In this document: positions 55,524-64,000 of the stretch, in pieces
Layout: each line of letters starts with the position of its first letter
Numbering within the stretch: position 1 is the first letter of the stretch
Source: a virus
Lineage: Duplodnaviria > Caudoviricetes
DNA length: 64,000 bases
IMG/VR virus record: IMGVR_UViG_3300027804_000038
Location: 1 to 64,000 of that record
Strand: one strand, 5' to 3'
Notes under the pieces: generated by a model
Told to the model about the DNA's origin: nothing
What the model saw: the letters and a program-made list of their open reading frames with translations, nothing else
The model's database searches: none
Position numbers and translations under genes: made by a program

Positions 55524-56792
55524 ATGAGTGGATTAAAACCAGTTGGAAGTGAAAAACTTCAAGGGGATGACAAAATAAAAAGAATTCTTGAAATCGCAAG
55601 ATATAAAGAAAACATCCCTAACTCTATTAATGAAAGTAACAGAAATGAATATAAAACCAAATTGGTTGACGGTAATGTTTATTTCATAACCAAAGAAAAA
55701 ATGGGTTACGTAATAAAAAAAGGATTAAACGAATCAACGTCTGATTATATTGATTCCATGAAAAATAGAGTTCATTATAATTCGTACTCAGAAGCTCTTA
55801 AAAAATTAAATTTAATTGCCGCTGAACTAAATAGACTTAATAATGTTAACGAAGGTATTTCTTTATTCACTGAGGATAAAAAATATTTTTTAAAAACTCC
55901 AAAAACATCAATGGAACAAGCTGAACCCTCTGTTGACGATGTTCCTCCACCATCTCCTGAAATGGGAGCGGAACCAACTACTGATGAAACACCCGCCCCT
56001 CCAGCACCATCTCCTGAAGGAGAAGGTCCTATTGAACCTGAAATGCCTGAGGAACCAGCGGACGCTCCTGACATGGAATCAGACATGAATGATGAAGGTG
56101 AATCAGATATGGACGTTAGTTTTAAAACAATTCAAAAACTAACAGGTAAGTTAGCTCAAAAAATTAGAGACTTTAAAGATAAGGATGAAGAAATTTCATC
56201 TAAGGACGCTAAGTATGTTGTAAATTCTATACTATCCGCAATCATGGATAATTTAGAAGATGATGATAAAGAAGATATAATCACTAAATTAGAAGGTGAA
56301 GAAGAATCCGATTACGGTATGGAACCATCTAATGATGAAGAACCCGAAATGGATGTAGATTCAGTTGAATCTGAAGTTGAGACTGAAGAAGAACCTGCCG
56401 TTGAACCTGAAGGAGAAATGGGAGAGACATACAGACACGAAATGGAAGAAGAAGATGTTAATGAAAAATTTGTGTCTTCAGTTATGGACAAAATATTTAG
56501 TGAGTCTAAAGTAGATAAAGTTCTTTCAAAATATTTTGTTATAAATGAGAACGAAAAAAAGTTCAAAAAACAAAAAGAAGTTCAAAAGAAAAAAATATTA
56601 GAACATAAATCTAAATCAGATACTAAAAATATTTTAAATTTATCAGTTACTGAAGAACAAAAAATGGTTGCTGAAAATATTATAGTTACTTTTCCTGAAA
56701 TTAAGTTTATTGGAAAAACAAATAAAAATAATTTAGTATTTGAACACAATAACAAACAACTTAAAGTATCACCAAAAGGTGATTTATTATGA
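55524..56792 (+). CDS. Acidic Pro-rich protein, candidate head scaffold/core protein
   Basis: Long E/D/P-rich linkers; location upstream of terminase. Confidence 0.6.
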   Translation: MSGLKPVGSEKLQGDDKIKRILEIARYKENIPNSINESNRNEYKTKLVDGNVYFITKEKMGYVIKKGLNESTSDYIDSMKNRVHYNSYSEALKKLNLIAAELNRLNNVNEGISLFTEDKKYFLKTPKTSMEQAEPSVDDVPPPSPEMGAEPTTDETPAPPAPSPEGEGPIEPEMPEEPADAPDMESDMNDEGESDMDVSFKTIQKLTGKLAQKIRDFKDKDEEISSKDAKYVVNSILSAIMDNLEDDDKEDIITKLEGEEESDYGMEPSNDEEPEMDVDSVESEVETEEEPAVEPEGEMGETYRHEMEEEDVNEKFVSSVMDKIFSESKVDKVLSKYFVINENEKKFKKQKEVQKKKILEHKSKSDTKNILNLSVTEEQKMVAENIIVTFPEIKFIGKTNKNNLVFEHNNKQLKVSPKGDLL

Positions 56793-57226
56793 GTTATTTA
56801 GTTTTTGTAAACGGATTAGGACCAAACTACAAAGGAAATAAAATTTATGAATTTGTATTTTCAAGTAGTTTAGATGTATGGGGAGATGATTGGGACAGCG
56901 AGCCAGCTAACGGTAACCCAACTTCACCAAGTACAGAATATATTAAAAAGGTAGGAGTTTTGAACAGGGAGGGGATAGACCTCGAACTTATCCAAAACTC
57001 CGATTTTTTTTCAATGAAGGACGGTGTAGACAGAGTTGTCGCACTTGGGTGGGAAAGTGATAAAGATATTGATAATAGACTTGTTTTCCATTATGGTGAT
57101 ACTGAAGAACAGGTAAAAAATAAATTGTACGAAAAAGACATAATTTTAGAATTTTATAATGAATTTGAAAATGAAACCAAGTCACAAAAGAAAAATACAA
57201 GAAATGTTAAAAATGGGGTTCAGTAA
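56789..57226 (+). CDS. Hypothetical phage protein
   Basis: 145 aa. Confidence 0.75.
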   Translation: MSYLVFVNGLGPNYKGNKIYEFVFSSSLDVWGDDWDSEPANGNPTSPSTEYIKKVGVLNREGIDLELIQNSDFFSMKDGVDRVVALGWESDKDIDNRLVFHYGDTEEQVKNKLYEKDIILEFYNEFENETKSQKKNTRNVKNGVQ

Positions 57227-57920
57227 TAAAACCTTATCTTTAATGACAGAATCACAAGTAACGATTCTTCTTGAAAAATTAAAAAAATCAGAAAATAAAG
57301 AGGAAGTTAAACAAGTCCAAAAAACTTCATTTGAAATACAAGGAGATGGTTCAGGAATGTTACCTCCAAATCCTAAAGGATATAACTTAACCTCTAAGGG
57401 AGGTAAAACAGTCGCAACTCCAATGGAGGAAAACAAGAAAAAGTCTAAAAAGAGTAAAAACCCTTGGGCTATATGTACTTCATCATTAGGACTTGAAGGT
57501 AAGAAAAAAGATGACTATACTAAAAAAGAGAAAAGTAATTTTGAAAAATGTGTGTTAGGCGTTAAAGAAAAAATTAACGAGGGTAAAAATCCTGTTGAGT
57601 ATATTATTGAGGCAAAAATGGAGCAATTAATTGAGAAACATTTATCACCTAAAATTACAAAAAGTGAAATGTTAAAATTAATAGAAGAAAAAAAGAAATT
57701 AAATTTACCAATAGGTAAAATAACATCTATGTCTAAATCATTAGGTGAAGACACTAAGACAGCACCAGCACCTGTAAAGACTCCGACAACTACCCCTAAA
57801 AAAACTCCATCAACACCATTCAGACCAAAACCTGGAACACAACCTAAACCAAAGGCAGGTAAAAAGAGACTTCCTGATTTTTTAAAATTTGACGAATTAA
57901 ATATTAAATTCAAAGACTAA
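57171..57920 (+). CDS. Basic hypothetical protein (NPWAICTSS motif, PKPKA tail)
   Basis: ATG at 57171. Confidence 0.75.
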   Translation: MKPSHKRKIQEMLKMGFSNKTLSLMTESQVTILLEKLKKSENKEEVKQVQKTSFEIQGDGSGMLPPNPKGYNLTSKGGKTVATPMEENKKKSKKSKNPWAICTSSLGLEGKKKDDYTKKEKSNFEKCVLGVKEKINEGKNPVEYIIEAKMEQLIEKHLSPKITKSEMLKLIEEKKKLNLPIGKITSMSKSLGEDTKTAPAPVKTPTTTPKKTPSTPFRPKPGTQPKPKAGKKRLPDFLKFDELNIKFKD

Positions 57921-57927
57921 TATTAAT

Positions 57928-59190
57928 ATGAAAACCTATAAGAAAAGAATCAACGAAGCGCCTATAGAATATGATGGACCTGAAAGAATGTCTCCCGATA
58001 TTCAAGGTAAAATAGAAGGTGGCCAAACGCCACATTCAGGTAGTAAAGCATTTCCAAGTGTAACTCCTGAAGGGCCAGACAAACCTAGTAATTTTGAAGA
58101 ATTAATCGCATCCAAAAGATTTAAGGATGTTGTTGAAAAATTAAAAAGATATACTGGTGTACAAAATATTTCAGGAATGAACTCAATGATGCAATTACAA
58201 CAAATTGTTATGAGAGCAATGGCTGAAATTTCACAAATTGAACAAGAAAATAAAGAATACCTTGAGCAGTTGGCAGTTGAGTTAGTTACAAAAGATTTAG
58301 GTGTTCCTGAAGGAGCATTACAATTTGATGCTAAATTAGTTAGACCTGGAGATATCGACTCAAGTTTTTTACAGAATCAACCTGAGGAACCTTCAGATGA
58401 AGAAATAGAAAATATGTTCTCTTCTGAAGAACAGGAAGACGTTTTGGATTTTGCAGACGCTTTTGAAAAGTTTGATTTAGAAAAGGCAAAAAGAAGATTT
58501 ATTAATTCATTAATTCAGGGAGCCGCTAAAAAAAGTTCTTATTTATTTGAATTGGCGGCTGAAGAGTTAAACTCGATTAATCCAAGATTGTTGAACAATT
58601 ACGGTATTTTTATGTCATTTGCCGACTCATTATATTGGTTAATGCCAGATTCAATGATTCAAGGTATGGCGGGTAGTGGAGAGTCAACATATGGTAAAGA
58701 AGAAATTGACCAAACAACAGACCCCCCAACAGTAAGAGCGAGAGGGGTTAATTTCCCAATTTTAGTTCATGAATTAGCAAAAGGTATTATTGAAATTGCT
58801 GGAACATATGGATTACCATCTGACGTTAAAAGACAGGAAGCGATTTTAAAGGCGTCTGATACTACTGAAGGTGAAATTTGGGATATGAGATTAGGTCCTG
58901 TAATTTGGGAAAAATTTAGAGAATCATATCCTGATGAATTATTTGATGAAGACAAAAGATTCTTACAACAGTATTTTATTGTAAAGTTTGCAGAACTTAC
59001 CGCTGAAGAATTTTTTAAAGTTGCTCGTGAAATTTTATCAGGTGGACCAAAAGGTAAAAAAATTGTACAAAACATGGTTGATGAGATTACTAAAGAATTA
59101 CGTCAACAAGAGTACGAATCCTCTATGGGTAGTGAAGATGATGACGATGATGAATTTGATGATTTATTTAGAGAATTGGGATTAAAATAA
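57928..59190 (+). CDS. Helical hypothetical protein of the head module
   Basis: 420 aa; KRRFINSLIQG; ARGVNFPILVHELAKG. Confidence 0.75.
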   Translation: MKTYKKRINEAPIEYDGPERMSPDIQGKIEGGQTPHSGSKAFPSVTPEGPDKPSNFEELIASKRFKDVVEKLKRYTGVQNISGMNSMMQLQQIVMRAMAEISQIEQENKEYLEQLAVELVTKDLGVPEGALQFDAKLVRPGDIDSSFLQNQPEEPSDEEIENMFSSEEQEDVLDFADAFEKFDLEKAKRRFINSLIQGAAKKSSYLFELAAEELNSINPRLLNNYGIFMSFADSLYWLMPDSMIQGMAGSGESTYGKEEIDQTTDPPTVRARGVNFPILVHELAKGIIEIAGTYGLPSDVKRQEAILKASDTTEGEIWDMRLGPVIWEKFRESYPDELFDEDKRFLQQYFIVKFAELTAEEFFKVAREILSGGPKGKKIVQNMVDEITKELRQQEYESSMGSEDDDDDEFDDLFRELGLK

Positions 59191-59213
59191 ACCAATTAAA
59201 AATTTTATAACTT

Positions 59214-59243
59214 AAACCCTCTTTACAAAAAAGAGGGTTTTTT
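59214..59243 (+). terminator. Intrinsic terminator followed by TATTTAT (59246-59252)
   Basis: AAACCCTCTTT-ACAA-AAAGAGGGTTTTTT. Confidence 0.75.
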
Positions 59244-59256
59244 CATATTTATAGGT

Positions 59257-61011
59257 ATGTCATTAACTAAAGAACAGGTTTTATTGGAATACGGTAGATG
59301 TTTGAAGAGTACTCCTTATGCCTTAAAAACATACTTACAAACATACGACAATACAGTTTCAAAATACGTGCCTTTAGAATTATTTCCTGACCAAGTTAGT
59401 CTGTTAAATGACTATGAGAATTTTAATGAAAATATTGCTTTAAAATATCGACAGGCGGGTGTATCTACTGTAACCGCGGCTTGGGCATCTAAGAAACTTG
59501 TTTTTGCTAAAAAAACTAAACCTGAAAAAATCCTAATAATTGCAAACAAACTTGATACTGCGGTTGAAATGGCTAACAAAATTAGAGGATTTACAGAACA
59601 ATGGCCATCATGGACTGGAGTTGGATTTTCCGCCGAAAAGAATTCACAAAGACATTTTAAACTAACAAATGGATGTGAAGTTAAAGCGGTTGCAACTTCT
59701 AAGGATGCCCTAAGAGGATATACTCCAACAATATTGGTCTTTGACGAGGCTGCTTATATTGAAGCGGATTCTGATTTTTGGGCGGCTTGTATGGCGTCAT
59801 TATCTACAGGTGGTAAAGTTATAGTAATATCCACACCAAACGGATACGACCCAATTTATTATGAAATATATGACCAAGCATTAAGAAACATGAATGAATT
59901 TAAAATTTCTGAAATGGTTTGGTTTAAAGACCCAAGATATACTAAAGATTTAAAATTAATTAAAGTTAACGATATAATACATTATTATTTAAATAGAGAA
60001 GAATATTCCGATATTGATATTATTGATTATGCTGAGACCCCATTTAAAGAAAGAAATTTTGATGATGTTAAACAATTAATTTACCAAGGGTACAAACCAA
60101 CATCAAGTTGGTATGAGTCTATGGTAAAAAAATTGAAGTACGATAAAAGAAAAGTAAACCAAGAATTAGAATGTCAATTTTTAGGTTCAGGAGATAACGT
60201 ATTTGACTCTGAAGTTATTTCAAGAATTAGAGAAAGTATGATTTGTGAACCCAAAAATAAATTTATGGGTGGTTCATTATGGATATGGAAAGAACCTGTG
60301 ATTGGACATAAGTATATTATGGGTGTTGACGTTAGTAGGGGTGACAGTGAAGATTTTTCTTGTATACAGATAATTGATTTTGATGCAAGAGAACAAGTTT
60401 TAGAATACGTTGGGAAAATCCCACCAGATACTTTAGCTGAGGTTTGTTATAAATGGGGGAATATGTATTCCGCATTTATTGTAATTGATATTACAGGTGG
60501 TATGGGGGTAACAACTTCTCGTAAATTACAAGAATTAGGGTATAGAGACTTATATGTTGATGGAGTTGACTATCAAAATAAATGGAAATACGACCCAAAA
60601 TCACAAGACAAAATTCCAGGAATTAATTTTAATAATAAAAGAGTACAAATAATTGCATCATTTGAGGAATCTATGAGGCACGACTTTAAAATATACTCTA
60701 CAAGGTTATTAAATGAAATGTCAACTTTTGTATATATCAATGGTAGACCTGACCACCAAAAAGGTCATCACGATGATTTAATCATGGGACTATCAATGTG
60801 TAATTATGTTTCTGAATCATCATTCACTTCAATATCTAAAGTAACGCAACATACTAAAGCAATGATTGAGTCATGGCAAGTATCGACAAATAAAACAAGT
60901 CATTCGCAATATTTTAATCCAACTATTTCGAGTGGTGAACAAATAAAAAATAATCAACCAACCCGTAACGATTATATGCAATATGGGTGGTTATTTGGAG
61001 GACGTAGATAA
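59257..61011 (+). CDS. Terminase large subunit (T4 gp17-like)
   Basis: KYRQAGVST, LVFDEAAYI Walker B, IVISTPNG, GVDVSRG nuclease Asp, HDDLIMG. Confidence 0.9.
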   Translation: MSLTKEQVLLEYGRCLKSTPYALKTYLQTYDNTVSKYVPLELFPDQVSLLNDYENFNENIALKYRQAGVSTVTAAWASKKLVFAKKTKPEKILIIANKLDTAVEMANKIRGFTEQWPSWTGVGFSAEKNSQRHFKLTNGCEVKAVATSKDALRGYTPTILVFDEAAYIEADSDFWAACMASLSTGGKVIVISTPNGYDPIYYEIYDQALRNMNEFKISEMVWFKDPRYTKDLKLIKVNDIIHYYLNREEYSDIDIIDYAETPFKERNFDDVKQLIYQGYKPTSSWYESMVKKLKYDKRKVNQELECQFLGSGDNVFDSEVISRIRESMICEPKNKFMGGSLWIWKEPVIGHKYIMGVDVSRGDSEDFSCIQIIDFDAREQVLEYVGKIPPDTLAEVCYKWGNMYSAFIVIDITGGMGVTTSRKLQELGYRDLYVDGVDYQNKWKYDPKSQDKIPGINFNNKRVQIIASFEESMRHDFKIYSTRLLNEMSTFVYINGRPDHQKGHHDDLIMGLSMCNYVSESSFTSISKVTQHTKAMIESWQVSTNKTSHSQYFNPTISSGEQIKNNQPTRNDYMQYGWLFGGRR

Positions 61012-63662
61012 TGGGTTTAGAGAAAAGACAAAAAACCGATAGAATATATGATGGTTCAAAATTAATTGTTGACGGTAACGGAGTTAAAACCGCAACCGCA
61101 AAAAAAGCTTTCGATAATATTAGAAAAAATATTAAATCTGAACCTAATATTATTATGGTTAGTCCAACTCCATCTGTGACCCAAACTCCAACTCCAAGTA
61201 TTACCCCAACAAATACTCCAACCATATCAAATACGGCAACAAATACACCAACACCAAGTATTACCGCAACACAAACAAATACGCCTACAGTAACACCGAC
61301 ACCAAGTATTACTAATACACAAACACCTACTCAGACAAATACACAGACTCCTACTAATACTATAACTCCAACACCAACTAATACTATAACTCCAACACCA
61401 ACTCAAACAAATACGCAAACCCCAACTGCGAGTATTACTCCATCACCTACTCAAACGCCTAATTGTATTTGTTATGGATTTACAAATAACACTAAAGGAA
61501 CTTTACCTCTATACGTTATTGATTGTAACGGTATACTTAGAACTTCTTTTGTACCTGTTGGGTTTACTAAAGAAGGGTGTGTCTTAAACAGTCAATATAC
61601 CGCAACTAGTTTAACAATATCAACAAACGGACCTTGTGTTGCTGGTTCATGTAGTTATACACCAACCCCAACTCCGACAATAACTACAACACCAACGAAT
61701 ACCCCTACAAATACACTAACACCTACACAAACTCCTACAAATACTGCAACAATGACACTAACTCCAACAAGTACTATAACTCCAACCCCAACCCCAACCC
61801 AGAATTGTCAGTGTTATTATATAGATAATCCAAGTGCCTCTCCAAATGGTGCGAATTATATTGATTGTTCAGGAAATACAATCATTGATTACCCAATACC
61901 TGCATTATCCCAAGTTTATTTATGTTCGTCAACAACACCAATTTTTACAGTGGATGTTGATGGAAAAATTACCGCAACCCCAATAAACTTATGTAATGAA
62001 GGATGTCCTTCTGAACCCATACCACCATTTTTTAGAATTCAAAATATTGAAGGTACCAATCCGACCATAGTTAGATTAAATACGATTACAGGCTCAACAT
62101 TTGACATAGACTGGGGAGATTTGTCAACAAGTGCTGTTACAATATCTTCGGCAACATATACAACATTTACTTATCCTCACACATATGCATCATCAGTTTA
62201 TACTGCAACTTTTGATGATTTCATGGACGGTGCAGTTATAAGTACTGGTAAAATCAAAGAAATAAGTATACATTCAATTTCAAATATCGTTGAGAATGAA
62301 TATACTTTTAGTGCATTTACTGCAACTACGACTTTAACTATCTCATCATCAACCTTAACAGATTTTAGTTCATCTTTACCAAATAGTTTAGTGAATCTTT
62401 ATTTTTATACTGTAAATTCACCTGGAGCAAATTCATTTATATTCAATCCTTCAACCGATTTGGCAACACTACCATCATTTTCTAATTTAATTATAAGAAA
62501 TTCTGATATATCTGCATTTACCTATGATTTCCAATCAAGTACATCATTAAATGAATTACAATTATATGCGGATACTTTATTAACAACATGTAATTTTACC
62601 GCACCTATAGGAACTAGTTTTACAAAGTTGTGGGTTCAAGGATGTAGTTTATTAAAAAATATCAGCATGCCATTTGGGTTTACATTTAGTTTAGGGTTAA
62701 TTGACTTAGTTGTACCTCAAAATAGTTTAAGTGCTTGGACATATAATCTACCACCGTCAACTGAAACTGCTTATTTAAATCAAAATACTTTATCGGCATT
62801 TACAATAGATTTAAGTAGTAATACAAATTTAGAAATATTACATCTATATAATAACTCATTAAGTGCATTTACTAATACTGTATCAGGATGTACTTCTTTA
62901 ACACAACTAAGATTAGAAAGTAATCGATTAACAACATTACCACCAATATTCCCTAACAATGTAAGATATATAAATTTTAGTCAAAATAGGGTTACTGGAT
63001 ATACTTCTAATTTCCCGTCATCGCTAACTGATTTCATAGGATTTGGTCAAACTACGGGACAACAAGTAATTAATTCATTTGATGTTGAGGTTAGTGGGGC
63101 AACTAATTTAGATACCTTTGACTTATCAAGGGTGAGTCTAACCGCTTGGACAAAAACATTTAGTAGCTCAGCATTAACTCTTAACTTGGCTTATAATAAT
63201 TTAACAAGTTTTGATTTTAGTTTATGTTCAGGAGCAACTGATGTTACTTTAACTGAGAATCCATTATCTTCAGGATTAACTAATTTGTCAGGACTAACAG
63301 TTATTGACACTTTGAATGTTAATAATACCTCAATACCATCGGATTCGGCACTAATCCAAGGAGATTTCCCTTCGTCATTAGTTGCATTATATTGTCAAGA
63401 TGTTAATACTATAACGTCATGGGATATTTCCTTTTCTGGAGCGTCTACAAATCTAAAATATATCTATTTTAGATTTACACCATTAAATCAAGCATCAACT
63501 AATTTTATATTAAATGACTTGGCTAATAATAATACCGCGATTAATGGTATATTAAGATTAGATGGGGCTGGAGGACCAGCATCACCGACTGGAGGAGTGT
63601 TAAACCCTGATTATATTACGTTAACATCCGCACCTAGAAATTGGTTAGTCTTTATAAATTAA
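61011..63662 (+). CDS. 883-aa protein with Pro/Thr repeats, Cys-rich modules, PKD-like motif and leucine-rich repeats
   Basis: TPTPTQT tracts; FDIDWGD; LEILHLYNNSL, LTQLRLESNRL, VRYINFSQNRV. Confidence 0.8.
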   Translation: MGLEKRQKTDRIYDGSKLIVDGNGVKTATAKKAFDNIRKNIKSEPNIIMVSPTPSVTQTPTPSITPTNTPTISNTATNTPTPSITATQTNTPTVTPTPSITNTQTPTQTNTQTPTNTITPTPTNTITPTPTQTNTQTPTASITPSPTQTPNCICYGFTNNTKGTLPLYVIDCNGILRTSFVPVGFTKEGCVLNSQYTATSLTISTNGPCVAGSCSYTPTPTPTITTTPTNTPTNTLTPTQTPTNTATMTLTPTSTITPTPTPTQNCQCYYIDNPSASPNGANYIDCSGNTIIDYPIPALSQVYLCSSTTPIFTVDVDGKITATPINLCNEGCPSEPIPPFFRIQNIEGTNPTIVRLNTITGSTFDIDWGDLSTSAVTISSATYTTFTYPHTYASSVYTATFDDFMDGAVISTGKIKEISIHSISNIVENEYTFSAFTATTTLTISSSTLTDFSSSLPNSLVNLYFYTVNSPGANSFIFNPSTDLATLPSFSNLIIRNSDISAFTYDFQSSTSLNELQLYADTLLTTCNFTAPIGTSFTKLWVQGCSLLKNISMPFGFTFSLGLIDLVVPQNSLSAWTYNLPPSTETAYLNQNTLSAFTIDLSSNTNLEILHLYNNSLSAFTNTVSGCTSLTQLRLESNRLTTLPPIFPNNVRYINFSQNRVTGYTSNFPSSLTDFIGFGQTTGQQVINSFDVEVSGATNLDTFDLSRVSLTAWTKTFSSSALTLNLAYNNLTSFDFSLCSGATDVTLTENPLSSGLTNLSGLTVIDTLNVNNTSIPSDSALIQGDFPSSLVALYCQDVNTITSWDISFSGASTNLKYIYFRFTPLNQASTNFILNDLANNNTAINGILRLDGAGGPASPTGGVLNPDYITLTSAPRNWLVFIN

Positions 63663-63710
63663 TTTTATTGGACTATTTATAAAAAATAGAATTTAAATTA
63701 AGTTTTCAAT

Positions 63711-64000
63711 ATGGAAAATAACAAACTTACGGTTTGGCAAAGACTTTCTCAAACATTTGGACCTAATTCTTTGTTAGGTCAAGATTATCCTACATACAAA
63801 TACGACAAGAAAGAACTACTTAGAACCACATCAAAACAAGATTACGAAAGAGAAAAATTACAAGCTCAGCAGAATTATTATCTGGCAAATCAATGGGCTA
63901 AAATTGAACACAATCTTTACACACAAGCCGTATATTACGAACCAACAAGACTTGCGTCTTTTTACGATTACGAGTCAATGGAGTTCACTCCTGAAATATC
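63711..64000 (+). CDS. Probable portal protein, 5' part (truncated by window edge)
   Basis: Follows terminase module; YYEPTRLASFYDYESMEFTPEIS resembles T4 gp20-like portal N-termini; TATTTAT at 63674-63680. Confidence 0.7.
   Translation, partial: MENNKLTVWQRLSQTFGPNSLLGQDYPTYKYDKKELLRTTSKQDYEREKLQAQQNYYLANQWAKIEHNLYTQAVYYEPTRLASFYDYESMEFTPEI

Noticed and set aside
210-57913. Many antisense or alternate-frame ORFs in the track (e.g. 210-542, 4562-4915, 8401-8601, 11140-11586, 42723-43040, 48612-49151, 55775-56086, 57515-57913)
   Set aside because: Shadows of better-supported genes; low-complexity translations and no promoter motifs.
59257-61011. Intein or intron in the terminase
   Set aside because: 584 aa continuous frame of normal size with no splicing motifs.
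61140-61800. PT-rich repeats (and those at 17484, 42742, 43039) as CRISPR-like arrays
   Set aside because: Ordinary low-complexity coding repeats with no constant-repeat/unique-spacer alternation.
1-64000. cas genes or self-targeting protospacers
   Set aside because: No Cas1/2/4/9/13 motifs recognised. No spacer match noticed by eye, but an exhaustive search was not possible.
1-64000. Stop-codon reassignment as in some jumbo phages
   Set aside because: Long conserved genes are intact in code 11, coding density is high, and TAG ends ORF 7333-7593.
1-64000. Eukaryotic giant virus or bacterial chromosome origin
   Set aside because: Terminase plus portal, tmRNA, intrinsic terminators and dense small hypothetical genes indicate a tailed phage.

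Overview
This is a 64-kb segment of a large (jumbo-type) AT-rich dsDNA phage in the standard genetic code. The host is very probably in the Bacteroidota: host-type TAnnTTTG -7 promoter elements, no obvious Shine-Dalgarno motifs, a DUF1573-like protein and a Bacteroidota-style lipoprotein. The right end holds the start of the T4-like morphogenesis module (terminase large subunit, a PT/LRR protein, portal 5' end). The middle holds a tmRNA, two tRNAs, a ClpC-like unfoldase, peptidases, PPK2, an AsnRS-like asparagine synthetase, DHFR, FKBP, RmlB, RmlC, a lysozyme and about 20 proteins sharing a short N-terminal leader. The left end holds a paralogous small-protein family (MKYLITESQ...FFSM...WVENTL) and non-coding, motif-rich DNA at a transcriptional strand switch. 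The most striking signal is a set of CRISPR-like arrays (36-nt repeats, unique 30-31-nt spacers) whose terminal repeat is the 3' coding sequence of these small genes (repeat = VENTLQMKVxxT). They occur at 979-1257 and 2196-2276, with a fully in-frame, more diverged version at 8349-8645. No cas or reverse transcriptase gene is recognisable in the window. Family names come from motif recognition by eye; no database searches were run.
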